The notes beneath the pieces are model-generated. The model was not told where the DNA came from. It searched no databases and saw nothing but the letters and a program-made list of their open reading frames with translations. DNA of 64,000 bases from Fimbriosthenelais zetlandica (lineage: Eukaryota). A program made the position numbers and the translations under genes. The stretch lies in assembly GCA_977030845.1 (NCBI GenBank), contig OZ365114.1, positions 21,824,001-21,888,000 on the forward strand, read 5' to 3'. Below, piece after piece: positions 1-10,919 of this stretch (its first letter is position 1; every line of letters begins with the position of its first letter).

Positions 1-799
1 AGATATCTAAATTGCCAAGAGAGAACATTGTTTGTATAATTCAAGTGCCCATTGAGTATTTAGAGTTTAGAGGCCACTTCCCTCCCATCTTCTCAACAGT
101 AAGTTCAGGAAGTAAAAGCTGGAACATGTTATCTTGCCTCTGGCTCTAGCTGTCCCTGCATGCTCTCTCTTAGAAAACAGCATCCTCCCACAACTAGATG
201 GTAATTACTCTCCCTTCCATTTCTCCTGAAAGCCTCTGGCTGGTAAACTGGTCAGGGGACTAAAGACAAGTGACATCTCGATGGAACGAGGGCCTTTGCC
301 CTGTACAAGCCCGACGTGAAATATTCATGTGATAGAAATGTAGAGGAGACGGGCGAATGTGGCCTAACTTCACAACGAGCCGGTGGATTAGTACCAACTC
401 CACCACAGGTCAGTGGCTATCTGCTGGTGTCGTGGATTGATGGAGGGGACATGCATGGACCTGTGTTAGAGAAAGAGGCGCTCACGTCTTCACTGTCAGA
501 TCTTGTTTGTGATAATGGTGTAATGATTACCACTCAGATGTGGAGAACGTTTGCCAATCATTTTCGAGCTGATGTCTTCAGTTTGTATGCAAATTATTGT
601 AATAAAGTTAACTACTTTAGAGATTTAACAATTATAACAGTGATAAGCAAATATAATGAAGTCAAAGTGTTTAAACTATGAAATACAGCTGAGTAACTTC
701 AGTTCTATAATAAGATTTCAGAATGTATGAGTGTGACTTTTGCATTTGTACCTCCTCTCATAACCACTGCAAACTGAATATCTTTCTGTCGTTTTTATA

Positions 800-2220
800 A
801 TGTCTGTATATAAATAAGGCAGGAGGTATCAGGACTCATGGTGAAGAAGGCATTTAATATAATGGATGTCTCCCACTTTTTGCTATTCTCCTTTCCAGGT
901 GCAAAAGAAGCAGCTCTGTAGAAAATGAACTCTGAGCAGCATTCCCTCTACAAGTGTTGCCATGGAGGAGTTGCTTCAGGATCAGGACTGAAAAGTCTCA
1001 ACATTATATTCAAGTTATAAAAACCACACTGCTTTGAATTAGCATCAAATAAGAGAATCCAATATTGTTTGGATCTAAAAAATTTCTGAAGTCAAATGCC
1101 ATCATTGATTCACAAACAGAGAGTGGGAGGAAAAGGAAAGGATTTTCAGGTCCGCTTCCTTCTATATTTTCAAAATCAAAGCACTAGCAATCAAAGATAG
1201 AAACCTAATGCCAGCTTTGAAAAGATTGGCGGAAGGCCTTTCATATTTTGCGGGAAATACAATTCTCAAACTCTGACAGTTTAATGTGTAATTCTAACAT
1301 TGTGTTTTAGAAAGACAAACTGTCAGTGTCAGTATGCCCCAAGAGAATGTCCATACACGGAACAATTTCTCCATGGATAAATGTTATACCTCGACGTTTT
1401 ATTGCTCTGCCATTTAGTCTAGATGCAATACAAAATTGAGAAACTCCGGTTTCATCCTCACCAAGGCCAGATTGTGCAGCTTTGCATACAAAATCCAACA
1501 GTGTTCATCAATTGGTATCAGGCCTTGTTATAAAACAGTGAGACTAGAGGCAGACATTACCATCCAATGCTCTGTCATCACCCGCCTTCTGCACACAATA
1601 GAGCACTAACTCAATTAATCAAAATCATTTCAAAGGAGCAAGCCTGACAAGCAAGCTTTTACAACTCGGTTTGATGCTAATACATGTACCTTGGCATAGT
1701 GACTAGGGCTGAGATAAGGTGATACATTGGTGTACCTCAGAGCTGCATACTCACTCCCAAACCTTTCAGATACTGAGAAAACACTGATGGTGAATAAGGG
1801 CCCTATTTTCATATCATATCCTCCCATCTCCATTCCGGCATCTGTCTAGTTATATTTACACCTCATGTCATGGAGGGATGTCTAGTGGACCACTTTTTCA
1901 CACTTTTCTCCAGTTCGCTCCTTCCGGAAGGTCAGTCCGGGTCATCCGGAGGTGGCAGAAAATGTGGCTGGGAATTACATCCCTCTTCAATCACGGAGCA
2001 TTGGTGTAGCAGTAGCCCATCTGATTGAACATTTTTGTCTCAGTGTGGCCATAGTATCTGGTGTTAAGTCAGGGATAGTGGCTTGGCTGGGCCTAATTGA
2101 AGCTCGTATCACCCAATCTGCTCTCATACTTGTCACCTCCAACCAACCAAGAGCTTTGTTATCCTAAGCTATCTAAAAGTATTGGTATTTTCCACCTTTT
2201 TTCAAGTAGACATTGGGGAA
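800..2220 (-). mobile_element. Degenerate family B (protein-primed type) DNA polymerase relic, Polinton/Maverick/adintovirus-like
   Basis: Collinear minus-strand fragments broken by stops and frameshifts: DNKALGWLE (from 2163), YYGHTETKMFNQMGYCY (from 2056), SHYAKVHVLASNRVVKACLSGL (about 1700-1640), IPIDEHCWILYAKL (about 1520-1475), ILLGHTDTDSLSF (TDTDS = 1333-1319), PPWQHL*RECC...APGK...WE (968-870). Motifs and order resemble PolB of invertebrate Polinton-like elements as recalled; not searched. Confidence 0.5.
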
Positions 2221-3026
2221 AGAACTTCCAGGTCAACTATATTCCCTGTCCATATGAGAAACCTGTTCTGGAGTACAGTTCCCATGGAAAGTTCCATTAT
2301 TCCATACTCAAATTCATCATTTCGCAAGAATGAGTTGCCTGATCCAACAAAGGGTCAATTGACCAAATTTATAGTACCCTTGTGGGAACATTACTATAGA
2401 CATTCAATACAACAGAATGACCAATGTTATCCCTACTAGAGCATAGAGGACTAATAGGTATTTTTGGGTTTCTATTTCAGGGTTCTCATATCCGGTCTGT
2501 TGCAGTTAAGAAGCGTAGAAATTGTGTGCATATTACCCGTACAGGGAGGCTGTCTCTATCTGATAACATTAACCATGCTTGTTAACCCTGGGTGCAAGTA
2601 GATTTAGCTGCGGAGCGTGGCTCTCGCCACCTCTGCCGCTGACCCGCCATTATTTGGGGCTTGAGTGTCATGGAATGGATCCTTTGGGAGGTGGAGGAGG
2701 AGAGGAAGGCATCAACTTGCTATCTTATCAAGCCATGGAAACAGACCAAGCTTCTTCCTTATATAGCATGTTGTGCCTCGAAAATCAAGGCCCAAGAAAG
2801 GCCTCCAGTCAAATTCCCCAATTAAAATCTTAACCTGTAATAGCTCTGCACCAGAGGCAACTAGTTATGAGGCAGAAATGTTTCTAGAAATTAAAATATT
2901 GTGGCACAGGTCCATGTTATACATTTATAACATGTTAACAAACGAGTATTCTATTAAGATAGTTTGTTTCTTATTAATGTCTGTCATTTTATACATCAGT
3001 CAGTAGGTTTGAGACATGATTCTTAC

Positions 3027-3161
3027 CTTGAGGTAGTAGACCAGGAGTTCGTTGAGGGACGGGTCGGCGTTCAGGTTCACCAGGTAGTACTTGCCCATCT
3101 CTACCTTGATACCAGACGTCTGTACAGAGATGCCCATCTTCTCCAGGGCGGCATGACGCTC
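3027..3161 (-). CDS. KIF13: KIF13-type kinesin-3, internal exon (CC1-FHA junction)
   Basis: Translates ERHAALEKMGISVQTSGIKVEMGKYYLVNLNADPSLNELLVYYLK; LVNLNADP.LNELLVYYLK is the conserved kinesin-3 pre-FHA motif. 135 nt, acceptor tttgtAG, donor GTaaga, phase 0/0. Confidence 0.97.
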
Positions 3162-3369
3162 CTACAAAGACACCAATACTCACTTATAAATAAACAATCT
3201 AGTACCTTCACTCTACAGCAGCTCACCCTACAACATTACAAAAGAAGGTATACACAAGGACAAAAAGAGTCAACACGTCGTCCTACAAATGCAGCACAAT
3301 CAAATCCTATTCCAATTCAATCCACCCAATTGTTGGGAATACCACAACGATTGGGTGGTCCACAGGACA

Positions 3370-3700
3370 TCGGACCTCCATTGCTACAATCATCGATGTA
3401 TACAAAGTCATATATACATCGCTTTGGTCGAATGCGAAAGCGAAGATCTACAACACCATCGTTGACAAGCTCTAGTTATTTTGAATTTGAAGAAACAGTA
3501 AGAAGGATGACAAGGCACTAAATTCTAATCAGCATTAGGTGAAGGAGGATCAGGCTTGATAGTTTGAAATATTCATATAGGCACTAGTGGCTCATTAGTA
3601 TAAGCAAGAAAGAAGCCCCAGAGCTTCTTCAGCAAATGGAGTTGAGGTAATGAGACACAGCAACTCTAGAAGGCCGAAGGGAGGCCATGCTGATCAGGCT
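3370..3700 (+). mobile_element. Possible heavily decayed non-LTR retrotransposon (LINE) ORF2 3' fragment
   Basis: Plus-strand pieces SLWSNAKAKIYNTIVDKL and ELLQQMELR**DTATLEGRREAMLIRL loosely resemble post-RT segments of RTE/CR1/L2 ORF2. Multiple stops are present. Confidence 0.25.
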
Positions 3701-5273
3701 ACAATGCGACTGTTTAAACTGCAAAACAGAACATCGTGAAAATAACTTGCAAACTCCAACATCCTGAGATCTGGCAAATCTTTCTAAGAACACTATCCAG
3801 CATTTTAACATCATAACTGAACGTGATGTCAAATAAGGAACCTCACAAGGCAGCAATATAGCCCAGATGAACTACTCAGCTAAGGAATCTGCAGAAAAAA
3901 GCCCTCCGGGAAGTTCATGATTTGCAGCCTTTAAATAATTGCTTCCCAGCTATACAATGCCCTTTTCAATTTGCATCCTTAATGAGAAGGATTGGGCTGA
4001 TAGTATGATAGGCAATTAATATGGCAGGGATGAGATGTAATGGTAGTGGAGTCTCACTTATAGCAGGTCTTATGACAGGCAGTTAATGACATGCAAGGAT
4101 GCTATTGTGTTACATGAAGGAGGAGGAGGATCTGGTGATTTTACCCTGGCTGGGTGGAGATGCCTCCCCTGTGAGCATGAGGACATGATACGACCTCCAA
4201 TGACCTGTCTTGGAACTGAAGCACCACCAAATTGCCTGGGAATCCCCATGGCGATGTCGCAAATGCATCTAAGATCCTTTTTTCTACCTACGTTTACCCA
4301 TCTTTTGTAAAAACAAGAATCAAAGGCATCCTCGACATGCTAGAGCCAATTCATGACTGGATTTTATTTGTTCTCCTGAGCCAGTGTGCAGGTTTTATGT
4401 CGCCTCGACAGCCGGGGTCATATACATGGCAATTGTTTCTTCCTATTGATGAGTAAATGCAAGGTAAAAGCATCATTTTTACGACCCACCAAAAGTCCCT
4501 TGAGCACTGCATGTAGGCTTTTGTAAAAGGAGTGGGTAGCCATTGGGGTAGCTGTGAGGGGAAGTTAGGCCATTGTGAGTAGAGAGCTGATCGTGTTACT
4601 CAGGATATGGTACCTATAGAGCATGTTAAACTAGCGAGAAAACAAACATTAAACCACACCACTATAAAACAGAATGTCAGAGGCTCAAGGCTTCTTCTGG
4701 GAAAAGGAAATAAAATCTTCATCATGAACTTTGGAGAGCAGATCCATAATTGTAAGCAGTTTTGACCAATACATTGTATCTAGTTTAAGGACAGAATTAA
4801 ACTTGTTTTTTTCTGGAATCTCAGTCAGATATTCTTATAATTTGCATTCAAAAGAAGCAAGTGGGTTGCAATCTGCGATGGAGCAGAGTAGATTTTCTAC
4901 TTTAACTGTAGATGCTGGTGATTTGACTTGGCGTCATTAAGACAAAGGAGAGTTGTGAAGGCAATTCCCTTGTTGCACAAAAAGATATAAGTGAGTTGGC
5001 AATTATCACCACTTCTGTGAACGTCAGAGGATGCTGTTAAGCATTGTTACTTCTCATTAGAAGGAGTGAGAGGGTTGTAATGGGATTAAACAAGAGATGG
5101 AGGCAATAAATGAAGCAAGCCAAGCTTTCATACAAGTCTTATGTCGAGGTATTAAGGTATTCATTCGGGAAGCAAAATGTCATGAATACAAATGAAAATG
5201 TGTATTTCTAAATGAAACCTTGTAGATGTCAAATAGCTGTGTGTAAACCGCCAATTGACCTCTACATAAGGGC

Positions 5274-5651
5274 TGGGATGTGAAGATATGATATGACCCA
5301 TTACCTAGAATACCCGCCCTACTTGAATACTCTCACTGATCAGCTCAAATCCCACAGACTGCCTTCTCCATCTACCCCGTCTGATTTCCCCATATGTTGC
5401 AGGCCTATTTTTCAGCCTGATCTGGCAGTTTTGATGTATGGAGGATCTCTAGAGAGAATAAATCATCATAATAGACTGATATGGGCGTAGTGAAATAAGT
5501 CAATTCATGATCAGTGATAATAGTGTTTACATGGCTCACGTCCAGACGAGGCTCACTAGTCACATGACCGCTTCTCTCCAATGGCCGTGCGTGCCTTTGA
5601 GCACGTGATATGTAACAACCAATCACTGTGCTTGGGATGTGAAGATATGAT
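5274..5651 (+). repeat. 19-bp exact direct repeat flanking a 340-bp segment
   Basis: tgggatgtgaagatatgat occurs at 5274-5292 and 5633-5651. Confidence 0.85.
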
Positions 5652-8600
5652 TGACTAGTGGTGTTAGGTGGATGATGGATAGTATGGGATGAGTCACATG
5701 CTGTAGTTGGCACCATGAACAGGCTTAACACCCTGTCTAGGTGCTAGCAATAGGATTAGTGATGAATCCTAGTTAATCAATGCATGGCTGGCAAGGTGGC
5801 TGCTTCCATGCCTTACACTTTACAAGCCCCTCTTTGACAGATAAACAACATATTTATCAACTGAGAATAATACAGCATATGATAATGTTGCATATTCAGA
5901 TTTAATATAAACAAATATTTGGCCACGGTGACAACGAAGCAGCCTACTTGGGAAAGTCCCCTGCTTTATTGGATAGTGCCAGATTAGCTGAAAATGGCAC
6001 GAGCTGTTTGGAAGTGTTCATTTATCAGATATACTGCCTACAATCCAGGAAGTGAGTCATAGCTTAAGGTCGCCACCTTTATTACCATGGCAACCATCAA
6101 CAACTACTAACTGACATGATGGAGACAACTGTTTCCCCCCAAACCATCCGGCTCCGGGTGTAACCATTCACCTGCCAAATGCCATCAGCCAATGTAAGTC
6201 TAAAGGTCTGCTGAAAAGTCTGGCAAGGAATGCCTCAGGCAGGCTATTCACTGAAAGGGTCAAATACCACAATGTCTGGCAAAAAAATAGCTACTACCCA
6301 GAAGCGATGGATTTTAATTTGGAAATAATTGGGGCAAATATTATGTACTTTGAAAGATCTGAAAATAACTTAAAGGGACATACATTTAAAGACATTACTT
6401 AGGGATTTTTTGCATCAGTATTCTGAGTGTGATAGGGTATTTAGCAGGTGGGCTGCATAGTGGATAACAAGGAAGTAATCCATTATCATGGCCGACACTT
6501 GACCTCTTGTTTCAGCCAGACGGCCCTCTCTACTACAGAAGAGACATAAATAATTCTACTCAAAGCTGACCTGAAGGCCTGAAAGAAACCTTAGGGCAAA
6601 ACAGACTTGATCCACTTTCTAATCAAATTTTAAAATGCGTTTATATTTATCAGAGAAAATACCCTCATACCACATAAGGTCAATCAGAATTTTAATAAAT
6701 AATCTGATGTAATGACCCAAGCGTTAAAAGTGCTGCATTCCGTGGGGTGTAATTTGGTTAAATGGCGCAGCATAATGGAAATCTATTACGTGTGATCGCA
6801 TTTAGTCTTGGTTGAGAGACTGATGTAGTGATTTTCCTTCAAAGTTCACCAGGGAGCCGACCATTTCTCACGTTGATACGGGGAGGTGGGGGAGTGTGAA
6901 GGAGGACGGCAGCTTGTGGTGCATTAAAGGCCCGTTACTGGGGTCAGTAACGATGGCATTTACCTCCCTGGTGTCCTTTACTACACGCTCCTCCAGAATA
7001 ATCCACGTGGACGGATAAATAATGCTTACTTGAGAACAGAGACCACTTCAGCCGTAAGCTTAAATATACCCAAGATACAGTATAAGGTTTACATACCCCT
7101 CCGCTTGCTTAAATTGTTTAGGGAGTAAGCAGATTCTTGGACAAACATATTATAAAAAACTGAATGATAAATAATTTTGCCTTCAACTTAGAGACATTTT
7201 AATGCAGAAGGACAGAAGTGGTAAACTACTTAATAGAAGTATCCCTGTATAAAATCAGTATTTTTCGACTTGCTTGTACATACTTTACAGACACCATCTT
7301 CATGGTATAGGGACAGAAAAGATCTCCTGACTAGACCCGTCTAGTACTAGAGAGAGGGCCCTGTTGCCATTCTGAGATAAAATCAATGCCTTGTAATAAG
7401 TGAAAGGCGGGACCCTGTCTTTAAGTATTGACACATGGGTTTGGTATGAGAAAGCGCTGGGAGTGTGGCGGGGTGGTGGGCATGTAAATGGTATTAAGAT
7501 GAAGGCGTGTAGGGCTGTCAGGCCCCACTATACAGCAAGCCAGGAGCAATGCCATTTTTTCCCTTCTCTTTCCTTCCGCCAACAAATAATCGTTCCATCC
7601 ATGACACAAAATGACATTGTCTCAAGGCAAATAGTGGATATCAACTGTGTCTCCATCTACAACTCGGCTGCAATTAGTGCATCAAAATTAAATCATACAC
7701 AAATTAATATATCCAAAAGAGATTTCTTTATGTTATCTACCTGGAAGATGATGACAATTTTCTTGGCATTCTGACAAGGGATATTTTAAAAGTTTAATAG
7801 ATAGAAGGAAGGGGGTCTAAAATTTAATAAGAATCGTTTAAGGGATTTTTCCCAAAAAATGCTTCATGTGTCATTTGATTTGAGGTTTAAAAAAGGAGAT
7901 CCGACATCTGGTGATGTTCACTATTGATGTTTTTCCTCTTGAAAAAGAGACAGTAAAAAAATAAACCAAATGTGAAGGGAGGAACTCGGCGTCATGATTA
8001 CTGATTAAAAATGCCTACGGCTAGTGAACATGGATGAGGAAAAACATGGAGCACCCAGATGGGTAGCTGGAGGGCTTTATGGGCCTTCAATACATTACAT
8101 CTCACCATAATCCCTCACTTGATCTTTGCTTATTGTCGTTGAAATCTGGTGGAAAGTTTTTAACACATACCATCACATGGGCTCTACTTAACATGTGTAC
8201 TGAAAACCGTTATACTGAAACACTTGTACATTCAATTTCCTGAATTTAAACGAAAACATACAGAAGGCCTTCAGGCTTTTAAATGTAATCGTGTAGACAT
8301 CTTTGAAAGACTATACTAACTCATTGAGGCAATTGAAATGTCAAATGAGAATATTGATAATCTGATACGATAACTGACCATTTAAATTACATGCCCATAG
8401 ATGTTAAAATCAAATTCATACTTCAATATCAACGAGAAGTTAAAACACAGCAGAGGAGAAAAGATGAAGTCTCATGCGTGTAGTCACTTTGATGTGACCT
8501 AGTTTGAAATGAGTTATTTTAATCGGACATCCCTCCCAATTAAGCCATTTGAATAACATGTCTTCATTTGCATGCGATTTAGAGCAGAATTAATTCCAGC

Positions 8601-9665
8601 ACCCACGTGAAAGTGAATCTTTTTTGTATTGAATTCCCCGCCAGGTACAATAAGCCCTGGAGTGTGAATTGATGGGGTGGCATTATAGAAGCTGGTAACT
8701 TTACACTTATAACTGCAATAAGCATAGCCTTTATTCACGCCTTCCAGCCGTTCTTAATTTACTGATATATATTTTGGTTCCACCAATTCGAGTTTATACA
8801 TTTGATTAAATCCGCAATACGCGAAATTCTGAACTCCTGTGCCATCATTTGTCCAGCCGATGGATCAACCAAAGCTTTTGATATGCCCTCAAAGCAAACT
8901 TTGGTAAAACCACTATTTTATATGCTAAATTCTGAATAATTTTACAATTTTATTGATCGGTTATGTGATGCAGGGAGACTTGGGGAGTGTTTCATGTATG
9001 ATCTCTTCACAGTGAGAGCGATGGAGAGGGCGCCACTGTTATGACATTGATTGAAAGGATCCATTAGGCCTATGCCTATACTCTGGGCAGGTCCTATATG
9101 CTAAACGTGACAAGGCAAGACAGTAATTGCCTCCAGTGGTGAAAAAAAGCTAAAGGTAGCGTAAACATATATGTACTCCATCCTGAAGGATATAGCCCGA
9201 TTATGGTGCACAGCTACAACTGACTGTGCTTATCAATAACTGCATGTCAGGTCTTTGGAAATTTAAATTCGACTTTTACTTGACAGAACTTTCCAGTGGA
9301 AAAAAAGATTTACTTTTAGCCTATATAAAATGTCATCCCCACATACAGATTCAACCGATTGGCTGGAAAATTGCCTCCGCAATTCAGCCTTTAATACAGA
9401 CTGATTTTGTAGCAAATAAAACTTAGAAATGATTGCCCAGATTGCTTTATGCAAAATCAACACACTGCAGCCCATCTCATATTGGAATTGGGGAAGTCAG
9501 CCCGCACAGAGCTCTCCGACCATTCAATTAAGAAATTAATCAATTCAATATGATTTGGTATTTTCCCCTAGTTTTCCCAGGGATATTTACGAGAGTGGGA
9601 GAGCTGTGGCTGTTATCAACGGCAGTGACATAAAGCCATTGTGTGAGGGCTGTTTACAGACGCTG

Positions 9666-9679
9666 GTTGCCAGGGTAAC
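9666..9679. promoter_or_regulatory. RFX X-box motif
   Basis: GTTGCC-AG-GGTAAC fully matches the consensus GTNRCC(N0-3)RGYAAC. Function untested. Confidence 0.45.
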
Positions 9680-10808
9680 CAGCATGGAAGCTGACTATAG
9701 CGGCCGTGGTCGGCAGTATTTGCTGAAAGCATCCTCTTGTGGTCCAATATGGTAGGATGGGATCATTGTCAGTGATGTAATTGGCTGTTCATTAATTGTC
9801 TTGTTTGAGTTGGCCAGTTGGCAGTGTGATGGGAGGATTACCGGGGGGTCTCGGCTGGCAGAAGTTCAGCGCCGCTGATCACATTTTCAACAGCTTCTCT
9901 GTATGGCTGGTAAAGAGCAACCATTCATATTCTCAACCACTAATCCTTTTGTTCACCTTTGAATGGCCTTGACTGGGGACGGGTCTCACCCTGTGGCTGA
10001 CAACTTCAGGCAAAACATTGATTATATTCCCAAGCGATACCCGACAACACAATATATAATTTACATAGGTTTCCACGCGGCTGATCTACGTGAAAGGGTC
10101 CAGTACAACCACGAGGACTTTAAACGCTGACAGCTTGCATTTTGAGAGGCTGATGAATATAAAAGTATTCTAAAATTGATCTTATACAGGAGTCTCACGG
10201 CCTGAGAAGAATATATCTTGATTCTGCAACTATTGATAGATCTTTCTTTAAATTTAGAAACATTTATCAGACAGTGCAATCAAGGAATGAATTTATATGA
10301 ATTTCTGAAGTTCGAACGATTCACTTTTTGCACTGGTACAGCAGGTTCACCCTGGTTTCACAGTGACAAAGTGAGAAACAGCCTGTATGGATGGGTGATG
10401 GGTGTAAATCCTCTGGGACTTGTGTGAGTATGGAGTAAAGTGATAGCTGGCAATTCATAGATCAAATAAAGCGCTTGTTTGCCAGCCATGGCAGGGAGAG
10501 TATGTCTGCAAGTACATTGCTCTACCAGACACCAACAAGCAGCTTGTAGCCGCAGGCACCGCCGGCCAATCACTGACAGATGTCACCGAGAACCACTGAG
10601 AATTGAACAGTGGTCTGTAGTCAGTCAGAGATTACATTATATACAGGCTATATAACGACTGCTACAGTATGTAAACAATGAGTAGGCAGAAAGATACAGG
10701 AAAGTAGTAGTCAACTATTACAAAGATGTCCTAAAATTGCCTGAAATAGGCTTATCCACGTTAACAGCTTGATTTCTTTGTTATTTTGAGAATGGAGTGA
10801 GATCTTAC

Positions 10809-10919
10809 CTGGTGAATGCGCTCGGTGTCGACCAGCTTCTGCTCCCATGTTTTGCTCATATCCTTCATGAGCTTCTCTGATTCCTGTAGCCGTTCCACCA
10901 GGTCCACGGATTTCATGCT
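10809..10919 (-). CDS. KIF13: KIF13-type kinesin-3, internal exon (coiled coil CC1)
   Basis: Translates SMKSVDLVERLQESEKLMKDMSKTWEQKLVDTERIHQ, matching the kinesin-3 'ESEKL...TWE.KL..TE' pattern. 111 nt, acceptor tttttcAG, donor GTaaga, phase 0/0. The ORF track shows this region only in the wrong frame. Confidence 0.93.

Noticed and set aside
2964-3521. 185-aa plus-strand ORF, the longest in the track
   Set aside because: Its first part is the antisense of the KIF13 exon at 3027-3161 and the rest is low-complexity intron. No coherent protein.
6369-6950. ttaaagg-type starts suggesting Kolobok-like non-autonomous elements (also near 12658 and 31629)
   Set aside because: No matching terminal inverted repeat partner could be identified by eye.
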